From Minisyncoccota bacterium (GTDB lineage Bacteria; Patescibacteriota; Minisyncoccia; Phycocordibacterales; CSBR16-193), in NCBI GenBank assembly GCA_040905715.1, contig JBBDRA010000003.1:135075-199074 (forward strand): a DNA stretch of 64,000 nucleotides, in the 5' to 3' direction. Shown piece after piece: positions 19,447 to 29,250 of this stretch (the stretch's first letter is position 1; each line of letters begins with the position of its first letter). The translations under genes and the position numbers were made by a program. Below the pieces are notes generated by a model. That model was not told where the DNA came from, searched no databases, and worked only from the letters and a program-made list of their open reading frames with translations.

Positions 19447-20340
19447 ATGAAAAAATTTAATAAAATAGCAATCATTAACACGGTTAAGATTACTGAAGAA
19501 TCAAAAGAAAAAATCCAGCTTTACTCAAAAGAGCCTATTGTTTATCCTGAGTTTGACACAGAAAGTGAAGCGGAAATTTGTCAAAGAATTGATAACGCTG
19601 ACGCAGTCTTGGGTAATTTTCATTCAATTATAAATGCTTCTATTTTGGAACATTCACCGAATCTTAAGTATATTGGAATTTGTGGAACAAGTTTGACGAA
19701 TATTCATTTAGAGGAGGTGCGAAGAAAAAACATAGTTATAAAAAATGTCACTGATTATGGCGATGATGCGACGGCTGAGTATATTTTTACTCAACTACTT
19801 AATCTTCTCAGAGGATTTGGTCAATATATGTGGAGAGATGGCCCTAGTGAGCTTAATTCAAAAACAATTGGAATTGTTGGTTTAGGAGCAACTGGAAAGA
19901 AAGTTGCTAATATAGCCTTGGGGTTTAAGATGAAAGTCTTTTATTACAGTAAAACCAGAAAAACAGACTGGGAGAATAAGGGAATTCAATATTTGCCTAT
20001 CAATGATTTACTTGAAAAAAGTGACATTATAACTATACATGTCCCTAGAGATACTAAAGTAATTGGAACTGATGAACTAGATACAATGGGTAATGGAAAG
20101 ATTTTAATCGATACATGTCTAGGAAATATTTATAAAGATATTAACGCTGTTAAAAAATGGCTTAAAAATAAAGATAATTTTCTCATAAGAGATCATCATT
20201 CTGAAATAAAAAAAGATCTTGGTCATTTGGAGGGTTTAATATATACAGAGGATGTGATAGCTGGAATGACCTTAGAATCTAGAAATTTATTGAGTGTAAA
20301 AGTTATAGATAACATTGAAGCATATTTAAAAACTAATTGA
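19447..20340 (+). CDS. D-isomer-specific 2-hydroxyacid dehydrogenase (NAD-binding)
   Basis: NAD-binding GxGxxG in IGIVGLGATGKKVANIALGFKMKV. The catalytic-domain layout is typical of the D-2-hydroxyacid dehydrogenase family. Confidence 0.75.
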   Translation: MKKFNKIAIINTVKITEESKEKIQLYSKEPIVYPEFDTESEAEICQRIDNADAVLGNFHSIINASILEHSPNLKYIGICGTSLTNIHLEEVRRKNIVIKNVTDYGDDATAEYIFTQLLNLLRGFGQYMWRDGPSELNSKTIGIVGLGATGKKVANIALGFKMKVFYYSKTRKTDWENKGIQYLPINDLLEKSDIITIHVPRDTKVIGTDELDTMGNGKILIDTCLGNIYKDINAVKKWLKNKDNFLIRDHHSEIKKDLGHLEGLIYTEDVIAGMTLESRNLLSVKVIDNIEAYLKTN

Positions 20341-20404
20341 TTAGATCTTTGAAAAAGTTATAGTGGACACCAAAAAGTTTAGATCTAATCCCCTGATTAA
20401 AAAA

Positions 20405-20433
20405 GTGCCCAGACAGTAAAACTGTTTGGGCAC
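20405..20433. terminator. Bidirectional hairpin terminator between convergent dehydrogenase (+) and ndk (-) genes
   Basis: GTGCCCAGACAGtaaaaCTGTTTGGGCAC: 11/12 complementary arms preceded by AAAAA. Confidence 0.5.
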
Positions 20434-20855
20434 TACAGCATGCGGAAAACCTCGATGTCTTTTTTAGCTTCCGCGCTGTTTCTGGAACGGTGTATGACAT
20501 TCTTATAATACCTCACACCGTCGATCATGAGTGGTTCTGGTGTACCGAGTTTAAATCGGATACTTTCAGGAGCACAATCAGTGGGACTAAGTTCTGTGCC
20601 TGTGATTTGAAGAAGTGTATTAATGGCATCTCTCCCAACCACAAGTCCTGTTTCAACATATGCGTTTACATAGGGTTTAAAGACCGCATTCCTGTACCTT
20701 TCGGGAAGGTCGGAATATACGATTTCTAGTGCCCAGTGTGGCATTATAAGCTTCTTAGTCTCTGGGATGCTTAGACCACCATTCTCAATCATTTTCTTGA
20801 CTTTATCATGGAATACTAAACCGTGAGGCTTGATCATGTAGAAGCTGGTTTCCAA
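20433..20855 (-). CDS. ndk: Nucleoside diphosphate kinase
   Basis: N-terminus ETSFYMIKPHGL (cf. ERTFxMIKPDGV). The C-terminal NVIHRSRNSAEAKKDIEVF parallels NxxHGSDSxESAxREIxxFF, including the catalytic His. Confidence 0.8.
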   Translation of the reverse strand: METSFYMIKPHGLVFHDKVKKMIENGGLSIPETKKLIMPHWALEIVYSDLPERYRNAVFKPYVNAYVETGLVVGRDAINTLLQITGTELSPTDCAPESIRFKLGTPEPLMIDGVRYYKNVIHRSRNSAEAKKDIEVFRML

Positions 20856-21120
20856 AGTACGGCCCTCCTTTCTTATTTAAGGTTTCCTATTCTGATAAGG
20901 ATAATATAATATATTTATGTTTCCGTCAAATGCAAAAATTTATAACCTAATAAGAGATTTACATAATATTGTTATACGTAACTAATCTCTTAGTAAAAAA
21001 TTGATAATTCTCATCAAACTTCAGAATAGATCAGGGATTATGTCTTAAGTAAAATAAGAAAACATATATTCTAAGCCACATTCAGTTTGAGACCGAGACA
21101 GTTTCGAACTTTTTCTGTAT

Positions 21121-22431
21121 TTACGCCATCAAATCAACTTTCTTGTCTTTTACTGTTAACCTACTCTTAAGACAATTCATCAGCTCTCGCTTCTCATCGT
21201 TGGTACCCTCCTGCAGAAGGTACTTTGCATACGTCCTCATATCAAACTCTTTTATTTTTGATTCATCTTCATGCAAGATTCCTTTCCTAAATTTATTGAA
21301 TCGTTTCAGTTCATCTTCAAACTTCTTTTGTATACCTAGTTCGCTGACACTCACTTTATCAATGATTCCAATTAGTTGTTTTATTAAATCTTCTTCACGC
21401 AGATACGGATTTTTGCAGTGTCGATCTCGTGATCTACCACAACCGTAGTAGATGTATTTGGCGGTCGTGCCGTCACGGAGTTTTTTGTATTTCTCTTCAG
21501 CTGAGATACCTGATCCGCACTTGCCACAGAGCATGAGTTTGGTGAAGGCAAACTCCTTATGCTCTCTAACAATCTTATCTCGTTTCAAATGCTCTTGAGC
21601 TTCGTCAAATAGCTCTTTAGTGATGAGCGGTTTGTGCTTTCCTTGATACCAGTTGCCGGAGTCTCGTGGATACTCAAAGACACCGTAATAGAACGGATTG
21701 TCGAGCAGTCGGTAGATACCGCTAAGAGTAAGTGGTTTGTTTCCTCTGGTATGGAAATTAAGTTCAAATCGAAGCCAATGATACAACTTTCTGCCAGACC
21801 ATTTATCGTGTGCCACCTTCTCAAACATCTGCCTTACCACATGACCGCGCTCAGGATCGACTAGTAACAAACCTTTCTTGTCGGTTCGTTTTTGGTTGAG
21901 ATATCCTAATGGTGCCACCGTCGGCCAGTATCCCATCTCACAACGTGCCCTGAGTCCTCGCTTCACGTTAATGCCTCGGTTATCGTTCTCAAGCTTGGCC
22001 TGTGAGCCAAGAATCATTAGGAGGAACTTCTCATTCGGATTATTAGTGAACACCTGTCCATATGTTCGTATCTCATGGAGTTTCCCTTGGTCCATTAGAT
22101 CAACAACTGCGCCGAGGTCTCCGGCATTCCTCGACAGACGATCAGGTGCCCATGCCAGAATACCGGTATACTTGCCAACCCTAACCTCATCCATCAGCTC
22201 ATTGAATACTGGCCTCTGAGCAGTATCTTTGGCTGAATGACTCTCGCGCTTAATATCTACCACTTCAAGCCCTTCACGCTCAGCCAACTGAAGCATCTCC
22301 TTGATCTGCGAATCGATTGAAAGTACCTGACGTTCTTCGCTCTCGGTACTTTTTCGTGAGTACAAGCAGTACTTTATCTTTTCTTTCGGTACTACTTGGT
22401 TTTGCTCCTTTTCTTGTACTGGTATCTCCAT
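21121..22431 (-). CDS. Large serine recombinase (resolvase-domain integrase)
   Basis: N-terminal resolvase domain YCLYSRKSTESEERQVLSIDSQ with catalytic Ser. Recombinase domain, zinc-ribbon cysteines (CGKCGS...YYGCGRSRDRHC) and a C-terminal coiled-coil. Confidence 0.9.
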   Translation of the reverse strand: MEIPVQEKEQNQVVPKEKIKYCLYSRKSTESEERQVLSIDSQIKEMLQLAEREGLEVVDIKRESHSAKDTAQRPVFNELMDEVRVGKYTGILAWAPDRLSRNAGDLGAVVDLMDQGKLHEIRTYGQVFTNNPNEKFLLMILGSQAKLENDNRGINVKRGLRARCEMGYWPTVAPLGYLNQKRTDKKGLLLVDPERGHVVRQMFEKVAHDKWSGRKLYHWLRFELNFHTRGNKPLTLSGIYRLLDNPFYYGVFEYPRDSGNWYQGKHKPLITKELFDEAQEHLKRDKIVREHKEFAFTKLMLCGKCGSGISAEEKYKKLRDGTTAKYIYYGCGRSRDRHCKNPYLREEDLIKQLIGIIDKVSVSELGIQKKFEDELKRFNKFRKGILHEDESKIKEFDMRTYAKYLLQEGTNDEKRELMNCLKSRLTVKDKKVDLMA

Positions 22432-22542
22432 TACTCCAATGAATGACAGAATAGGTTTGAGGAGTCCAGAGCGTCCCGAGTTGATAAGAAGTTGATAAAA
22501 ATCACTTTACTTTATTGGTAATTAATGGTAAGTTAGAAGTTA

Positions 22543-22746
22543 ATGGATAATGAATCTAAAAACTTGGAAGATTTGCCTGAGATATTGACCCTGCGACAAG
22601 CCGCAAATGTTCTTAATTGTCACCCTAATACCTTGAGAAACTGGGATAATGAAGGAGTACTTAAGGCAATTCGTATCGGTCGCCGGAAAGATCGACGATA
22701 TAAAAAAGAGGATGTGTTTAAAATTTTGAAACAAAACAATGGCTAA
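22543..22746 (+). CDS. Excisionase/MerR-like HTH DNA-binding protein (candidate recombination directionality factor)
   Basis: 67 aa. ILTLRQAANVLNCHPNTLRNWDNEGVLKAIRIGRRKDRRY is an Xis/HTH_17-type motif. Divergent from the recombinase gene, and it overlaps the mod start. Confidence 0.65.
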   Translation: MDNESKNLEDLPEILTLRQAANVLNCHPNTLRNWDNEGVLKAIRIGRRKDRRYKKEDVFKILKQNNG

Positions 22747-24406
22747 AGATTACTCAAAAATGAATAAGGAAGAATTACTGAATGAGATTACGAAATTAGA
22801 ATCTCGCAAGTCTTATGGTTTGGTGTGGGAAGATAAGCCAGAGGATGTTGTTGAACAGTGTAAAACTCAAATACCGATTCTTACTGAAGTTAAAAAATAT
22901 TTTATCGAAAAAGATTTGGATAAGCCGACAAATCTTTTGATCGAAGGAGATAATTATCATGCTTTAGCAACATTGAATTATACTCATAGAAAACAAATTG
23001 ACATTATTTATATTGACCCACCGTACAATACTGGTGCAAAGGATTGGAAATACAATAACGATTATGTGGATGAGAATGATTCATTTAGACATAGTAAATG
23101 GTTGTCGATGATGAACCATCGGTTACGTTTATCTAGAAACTTACTTACGGACGAAGGCGCCTTAATTTGCGCGATTGATCATAATGAACAAGAAGCGCTG
23201 GGCGTAATGTTGGATGAGCTTTTTCCAGAAAGAGAGAAAGTTTGTGTAACCATCATACATAATCCTGGTGGGATTCAAGGAAACAATTTTTCTTACACAC
23301 ACGAATATGCATACTTTGTTTTCCCTAAAAATGGCACGTATATCTCAAAGGTTATTAGAGACGATGTAAAGCCTACTCCGCTTAGAGATTGGGGCGGTGA
23401 AGAATCTAAACGCGAATCTGCTAGAAATTGTTTTTACCCAATTCATGTAGATAAAGAAATGAATGTTACGGGATTTGGTGATGTGTTACCAGAAAATAAA
23501 CATCCCAAGTCTGCTGTATTAAAAGAAAAAGATGGATCAATGGTAATTTACCCCATTGACTCTGATGGAGTTGAACGTAAGTGGAGATTTGCGCGACATA
23601 CTGTTGAAAGTATTGAAGATGAACTTAGATGTGAAATAGTAAATGGTGAACCATCAATACGCCGATACAAACAAAAATATAGATGGAAAACTGTTTGGAA
23701 TGATAGTAAATACAATGCAAATGTCCACGGTACACAATATCTTGCAGGTATTATTAAGGAAAAATTCCCTTATCCTAAATCAATCTTTACAGTAGAAGAT
23801 TGTATTAAGGCCATTATTCACGATAAACAAACTGCAACCGTATTAGATTTTTTTGCTGGATCAGGTACAACTGGTCATGCGGTTTTGAAACTTAACGAAG
23901 AAGATGGAGGTAATCGTCGATTCATTCTTTGCACTAACAATGAGAATAAAATCGCTGAAGAAGTAACTTATCCTCGGGTTAAGAACGTTATCAAGGGGTA
24001 CGGTGACGTAGAAGGTATTCCCGCGAATCTCCGATACTACAAAACTGATTTTGTGGATGTTGAATCAGTTCACAGTGTTTCAGATCAAAAGAAAATAGAG
24101 CTTACATATAAAGCAGGTCGGATGATTGCTCTACGAGAGGACACGCTAGAGGAGACTGAGAAGAATGACTGGTGGCAAATATTTACTGACAAAAAAGGAA
24201 AAACCACAGCTATTTATTTTAAAGAGGATAAAGAAAAACTTGATGATCTTGTAAAGAAAATCAGTAAATCTGAATCTGCTGTTCTTTACATATTTAGCTG
24301 GGGTAAAAATGAGTATAAGAACGAGTTTACTGGCCATAAAAACATACGGGTCGAAGATATCCCAGAACCGATCCTTGAGGTATACAAGGAAATTAACAAG
24401 AAATAA
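22739..24406 (+). CDS. Type III restriction-modification Mod subunit (N6-adenine/N4-cytosine DNA methyltransferase, beta class)
   Basis: Motif IV IDIIYIDPPYNT precedes motif I VLDFFAGSGTTGHAV. It lies directly upstream of a helicase-nuclease Res gene. Confidence 0.8.
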   Translation: MAKDYSKMNKEELLNEITKLESRKSYGLVWEDKPEDVVEQCKTQIPILTEVKKYFIEKDLDKPTNLLIEGDNYHALATLNYTHRKQIDIIYIDPPYNTGAKDWKYNNDYVDENDSFRHSKWLSMMNHRLRLSRNLLTDEGALICAIDHNEQEALGVMLDELFPEREKVCVTIIHNPGGIQGNNFSYTHEYAYFVFPKNGTYISKVIRDDVKPTPLRDWGGEESKRESARNCFYPIHVDKEMNVTGFGDVLPENKHPKSAVLKEKDGSMVIYPIDSDGVERKWRFARHTVESIEDELRCEIVNGEPSIRRYKQKYRWKTVWNDSKYNANVHGTQYLAGIIKEKFPYPKSIFTVEDCIKAIIHDKQTATVLDFFAGSGTTGHAVLKLNEEDGGNRRFILCTNNENKIAEEVTYPRVKNVIKGYGDVEGIPANLRYYKTDFVDVESVHSVSDQKKIELTYKAGRMIALREDTLEETEKNDWWQIFTDKKGKTTAIYFKEDKEKLDDLVKKISKSESAVLYIFSWGKNEYKNEFTGHKNIRVEDIPEPILEVYKEINKK

Positions 24407-24408
24407 TT

Positions 24409-26688
24409 ATGTTTACACTTAAAACCTTTCAAGAAAAAGCGATAGCTGAATTACGGAAAAACTTCCTAGAACTTTGGAGTACAGGGAATAAGAGGCTAGA
24501 ACTTATATTCAAATCACCAACTGGATCAGGAAAAACAGTAATGACTGCACAGTTTTTGCGTGACTTAACTGGTGATCCACAATTCAACGCTGACAAAGCA
24601 TTCGTGTGGTTTACCTTTAACGAGGAATCATACGAACAAAGCAAGAAGAAGCTTTTTAAATATTATGGCGGTGCCGGAGAAATCGAACTCCTTGATTTAA
24701 ATGATCTTACCCGTAACGCCAAACTGGAGAAAAACAGTGTCTTCTTTATTAACTGGCAGAAGGTAAAGTCTTCTACTAAAGATGGTCGTAAGTTACGAAA
24801 AGACAACGAGAATGACATTACTTTTGACTCATTCATAGAAAAATCAAAAGCAGATGGTCGTGAGATTGTATTGATTGTTGATGAAGCACATCGAGATGCG
24901 AACACTGACCTTGCTCAGGAACTTATTGATCTCATTGATCCGCGCATTATTCTCAAAATTACAGCCACTCCGAAGAATGAACCGTCGTATTCTGATGTGA
25001 AAAATAAGAAGGTCGGTTTTGTAGACGTTGAGCGTAAGGCTGTAATCGAGGAAGGTTTGATTAAAGAAAAAGTTATTACCCAAACTAAGGAAGATATTGA
25101 GAAAGAGGCAAAGAGAGAAATTGACCAAGATTTATTATTGCTCGATTTAGCGTATCAAAAGCGTCTCGAGCTTAAGAAGAGTTATGAAAAGCTTGGTATT
25201 GATATTAATCCTCTTGTACTGGTCCAACTTCCCAATGATGATAAAGCTCGCAAGGAAACCTTAGATAAATCAAAGAAGGATGTCGTTCTTGATTTTCTAA
25301 AAGATAAAGGTGAAGAAGATCACAATGTTGCTGTTTGGCTTTCAAACGACAAAGAAAATTTGGATGAAATTGAAAAAAATGACTCAGAGATAAATTTCTT
25401 AGTTTTCAAACAGGCGGCTGCCACTGGTTGGGATTGTCCTCGAGCGGCTATCTTGGTGATGTACCGAGAGATTAAAAGTCCGGTCTTTCACATACAAACT
25501 GTCGGGCGAATTCTTCGTATGCCTGAAGCTATTCACTATCCAAGTCCTGATCTAAATATTGGATATCTATATACAAACTACGAGCGAAATCAGATCCTCG
25601 CTGAATACGATAAGCAAAAAGGAGAAAATCGTCCTGCGACACAGATAAGTCGACGCAAGAAAGATGTTAAACCAATCAAGCTCGACTCTGTATTTATGAG
25701 TCGTGCTGACTACAACGACCTTGGTGACTCATTCCAGAAGACATTTAAGCAAGTCGCGAATAAAGAGTTGGGTATTAAAGATGGAAATACTAAAGCACAG
25801 ATTAAGAAGACACTGAAAGAACAGAACCTAGATGTCACAGATGTGAAAGTAGAGAGTAGTCTTATTGTGGATGCTGAAATAGAAAACTACGATAATTTTA
25901 TTGAGGAACTAAGAGCAAATACGGTAGAGCTTTCAAATGAAATTTCACGTAATGATCTGGAGCGTCTCTACAATCTCCTTTGTTTCAATATCATTTCTAA
26001 ACAAGAGGATGAGAACAAGAAATTTGCTCCTGAACGTTCATGGGGAAAGTTGAAAACTGCACTCAACGTCTACTTCTCAAATATGCTAGACATCCCTCGT
26101 GAGGATTACTACAAAGTCATTGTAAATGATCTACTCCGACCAGATAGTGTATTGCGCCCTATTCTTGGGGAGACACTTGAGAAATATCGTCCAATCCGTG
26201 AAAAGGAAGTCAAAGAGAAAGCTAAGCGAACTCGACGTGATGAAGTGTTGGAAATACCACGAGAGTATCTATTCTTCACAGATCTGTATGAAGAGATGAA
26301 AGTGAAGAAGTCTGCGATGCATCCTTTCTATATTCAGAAGGAACCTGTTCAAAATGAAAATGAGTTTATCAAATATCTTGAGGCATCAAGTAAGGTCGAG
26401 TGGTGGTATAAGAATGGTGACTCTGGAAGTGAATATTTCTCAATTCCTTATTATCACGAAACAGAAAATCGTGAACGCCTTTTCTATCCTGACTGGATTG
26501 TGAAGACTAAGAACAAAGTTTGGATCCTCGATACCAAAGCTGGCTTTACTGCCGAAAGCAACGATACTCAATACAAAGCAGAAGCATTGAAAGGATGGTT
26601 AAAGGGAAAGAATAAATTTGACGGCGGTATTGTGGTGCCAGACGGTCCGAACGGGTGGAAAATTGGTGGTAAGAAATTAATTTTATAA
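24409..26688 (+). CDS. Type III restriction enzyme Res subunit (SF2 helicase + C-terminal PD-(D/E)xK-like nuclease)
   Basis: Walker A SPTGSGKTVMTAQ and DEAH box LIVDEAHRD. Late helicase motifs QAAATGWDCP...QTVGRILR. C-terminal YPDWIV...VWILDTKAG. Starts 2 nt after mod. Confidence 0.8.
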   Translation: MFTLKTFQEKAIAELRKNFLELWSTGNKRLELIFKSPTGSGKTVMTAQFLRDLTGDPQFNADKAFVWFTFNEESYEQSKKKLFKYYGGAGEIELLDLNDLTRNAKLEKNSVFFINWQKVKSSTKDGRKLRKDNENDITFDSFIEKSKADGREIVLIVDEAHRDANTDLAQELIDLIDPRIILKITATPKNEPSYSDVKNKKVGFVDVERKAVIEEGLIKEKVITQTKEDIEKEAKREIDQDLLLLDLAYQKRLELKKSYEKLGIDINPLVLVQLPNDDKARKETLDKSKKDVVLDFLKDKGEEDHNVAVWLSNDKENLDEIEKNDSEINFLVFKQAAATGWDCPRAAILVMYREIKSPVFHIQTVGRILRMPEAIHYPSPDLNIGYLYTNYERNQILAEYDKQKGENRPATQISRRKKDVKPIKLDSVFMSRADYNDLGDSFQKTFKQVANKELGIKDGNTKAQIKKTLKEQNLDVTDVKVESSLIVDAEIENYDNFIEELRANTVELSNEISRNDLERLYNLLCFNIISKQEDENKKFAPERSWGKLKTALNVYFSNMLDIPREDYYKVIVNDLLRPDSVLRPILGETLEKYRPIREKEVKEKAKRTRRDEVLEIPREYLFFTDLYEEMKVKKSAMHPFYIQKEPVQNENEFIKYLEASSKVEWWYKNGDSGSEYFSIPYYHETENRERLFYPDWIVKTKNKVWILDTKAGFTAESNDTQYKAEALKGWLKGKNKFDGGIVVPDGPNGWKIGGKKLIL

Positions 26689-26690
26689 TT

Positions 26691-27383
26691 ATGTCATCCC
26701 GTCAAGTAACAAATTGGATTTCTCTTTCTGACATGATGACAGGGTTAATGCTGGTCTTTCTCTTGATTGCTGTTTTGAGTATTGCGCAGGTTGTTGCAAA
26801 AGAAGAAGAGCGACAGGAATTATTGAATGAATATGATTTATCTAAGGAGGAAATTTACAATGATCTAGAAGATACGTTTGGAGACAAAAAAGAAGAATGG
26901 GGAATTGAGATAAGTCGAGATTTGAGCATCAAATTTCAAAATCCTGACGTATTGTTTGGTTATTTAAGTTCTGATATCTCCTCAGAATTTGAAACTATTC
27001 TAGAAGAATTTATTCCTTCGTATCTAAAGATAATAAATAAAGAAAAATATCAAGACAAAATTAAAGAAGTTCGCGTTGAGGGTCATACAGCTGATTGGAA
27101 TGATTATATGTTTACGGTTAAATTGTCTCAAGAAAGGGCAAATGCTGTATTAAGGACTATACTTAACAGTAGCTATTACAACAATTTAGATGCTAAAACA
27201 AAAGATAAAATTAAGTTTTGGTTTACAGCTAATGGACTGGGAAATGGTAGAACTTTGGACTCAGAAGGTGAGTTTACTTATTATTCCGATAAAGATATAA
27301 GCACAAACTCTCGTCGAGTTGAGTTTAGGATTGTGACAACAAGTGATGAACTAATTGAGGAGATTATCAATAGACAGCAATAG
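26691..27383 (+). CDS. MotB/ZorB-like protein: N-terminal TM with conserved Asp plus C-terminal OmpA-like peptidoglycan-binding domain
   Basis: WISLSDMMTGLMLVFLLIA parallels the MotB channel helix (W..yADfMTamMafFlv), including the protonatable Asp. The C-terminal VRVEGHTADWNDY...LSQERANAVLRTIL is the OmpA/MotB signature. Confidence 0.7.
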   Translation: MSSRQVTNWISLSDMMTGLMLVFLLIAVLSIAQVVAKEEERQELLNEYDLSKEEIYNDLEDTFGDKKEEWGIEISRDLSIKFQNPDVLFGYLSSDISSEFETILEEFIPSYLKIINKEKYQDKIKEVRVEGHTADWNDYMFTVKLSQERANAVLRTILNSSYYNNLDAKTKDKIKFWFTANGLGNGRTLDSEGEFTYYSDKDISTNSRRVEFRIVTTSDELIEEIINRQQ

Positions 27384-27389
27384 AACATT

Positions 27390-28427
27390 ATGACTTTAAT
27401 GACAATATTTATAGTGGTTTGGATTGTGCTAACAATTTACATTCCATACAAATTTAAAGAAAGAGGTATCCAAGAGATGCAAACTATTGCAACTACGTTT
27501 GGTATCCTTGGAACATTTATCGGTATTATTGTTGCTTTGTATAATTTTGATACTTCGAACATTGAAGCCGCGGTTCCATTGTTGCTCGACGGATTAAAGT
27601 TTGCTTTTGTAACATCTATTTTTGGAATGTTAACATCTTTACTTATTGGACTTTTTCCTCAAAAATTTGGACACGGTGTTGCCAATGAAGAGGGTGTAAC
27701 TGAAGACAAGGATAAATCAGAGCCAGAATTACTCGCTGAGTTACTTTCAGAAGTTAAAATTCTTAATGGGAATATATCTGGAGAAAGCGATACTACTTTA
27801 ATTACGCAAATTCAAAAAATGCGAACAAGTATTGTAGATAAGCAAGATGATCTAAATAAGGCTTTTGACAAATTTGCCGAAGATATGGTTAATAGTAATA
27901 TTGACGCTCTCGCAGAAGCTATTGAAAAAGTAATGGGTGATTTTAACACGACAGTTAATGAAAAGTTGGGCAGGACCTTTGATGATTTTAAGAAATCAGT
28001 GGAAAATCTTAATGTTTGGCAATCTGAGTATAAAGCTCAGATATTGTCTCAAACTGAAAATATGAAATCAGTTGCAGACTCACTAAGTACTACAGAAAAA
28101 AGTATGAGTGAGGTTAAAGATTCTTATCAAGAAATTGTTTCTATAAAAGAAAAATTTGATGAGCTTCTTAAAAACCTGAATGCGCAATTACAAGGTAGTT
28201 TAGATTTTGCAGACGCAATGAAAGACTTAACAACTGATCTAGAAGGATCGGGCGATGTTATAAAAGAAGAGATGAAAGAGATTACTTATGGAGCTGCTAC
28301 AGAAATGGAAAAAACAATGAATAAAACATTAGCTGATTTTGGGAGTAGTTTAGCAGATATTTCTGGAAAATTAGCGGAGAATTTTGGAAAAATGCAGCGA
28401 GCACTTGATAGTCATGAAAATAACTAA
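27390..28427 (+). CDS. MotA/ExbB/TolQ-like proton-channel protein with ~240-aa C-terminal coiled-coil tail (compact ZorA-like)
   Basis: Three N-terminal TM helices carry the MotA-family motifs FGILGTFIGIIVAL and LKFAFVTSIFGMLTSL. The remainder is E/K/L/Q-rich and predicted coiled-coil. Confidence 0.6.
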   Translation: MTLMTIFIVVWIVLTIYIPYKFKERGIQEMQTIATTFGILGTFIGIIVALYNFDTSNIEAAVPLLLDGLKFAFVTSIFGMLTSLLIGLFPQKFGHGVANEEGVTEDKDKSEPELLAELLSEVKILNGNISGESDTTLITQIQKMRTSIVDKQDDLNKAFDKFAEDMVNSNIDALAEAIEKVMGDFNTTVNEKLGRTFDDFKKSVENLNVWQSEYKAQILSQTENMKSVADSLSTTEKSMSEVKDSYQEIVSIKEKFDELLKNLNAQLQGSLDFADAMKDLTTDLEGSGDVIKEEMKEITYGAATEMEKTMNKTLADFGSSLADISGKLAENFGKMQRALDSHENN

Positions 28428-28432
28428 TATCT

Positions 28433-29245
28433 ATGGAAAAGGACGAATTTAACAATAAAATATCGGATATAGTAAGCTATTTTGATGACATTAAACAAAG
28501 AATCGGTGCTAAAGATACGGGGTTTGTGATAGTGCCAAGAGAATTGAAAACTCCAACTGGTAAATTTAATGCTGGTAAACCAATTACTGGTGCTGAATTA
28601 CAAAGAATTTCTAAAAATTGGAAATCAAAAGATCCTTTGATTGATGAGGAAGGTAATGCGTTCGTTCTTTATATACCTGATTTTACAAGTAATCATTATA
28701 GGAGAGGCTTTTCTCCAGAAAATTTACCAAAGTATCATACTTCTTGGTGTTGGACATTAGATAATATGAAGGAATCAGGAAGAATGAAAAGATATATTAA
28801 AAAGACGGATATAGAAACAAATATCTTTAAAGGGAAAAAGGATGGAGATAGAAATATTGAGAGTGTATTATATGCTTGTCAAAATTGTAGAAAAACATTA
28901 GAAGATATTTACGGAAGAAATATGTATTTTGACGTTAAAAATATGGATATGCTCAAGTTTTTCTCTTTGTACGGAAAACATTATTTATATGACCCTAAAG
29001 TGAAAAAACCTTATTCTGTAATGTATCCAAAACATTGGGATGAAATTTCAAAGAAATATAGAGAAAAAGCAAATTGGAAGTGTGATCAGTGTGGTGAGTC
29101 TTTCGCGAATAACAAAAAGGAATTAGATGTTCACCATATAAATGGAATTAAAAGTGATGTTAGGGATACAAACCTAAAAGTTTTATGTAAAAAACATCAT
29201 GCTGAACAACCTATGCATAGTCATTATAACAAAATTATAAATTAG
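28433..29245 (+). CDS. HNH endonuclease (ZorE-like)
   Basis: C-terminal HNH motif CDQCGESF...DVHHINGIKSDVRDTNLKVLCKKHHA, plus an earlier CQNCRK cysteine pair (zinc-binding). Starts 5 nt after the preceding gene. Confidence 0.7.
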   Translation: MEKDEFNNKISDIVSYFDDIKQRIGAKDTGFVIVPRELKTPTGKFNAGKPITGAELQRISKNWKSKDPLIDEEGNAFVLYIPDFTSNHYRRGFSPENLPKYHTSWCWTLDNMKESGRMKRYIKKTDIETNIFKGKKDGDRNIESVLYACQNCRKTLEDIYGRNMYFDVKNMDMLKFFSLYGKHYLYDPKVKKPYSVMYPKHWDEISKKYREKANWKCDQCGESFANNKKELDVHHINGIKSDVRDTNLKVLCKKHHAEQPMHSHYNKIIN

Positions 29246-29250
29246 TATTT

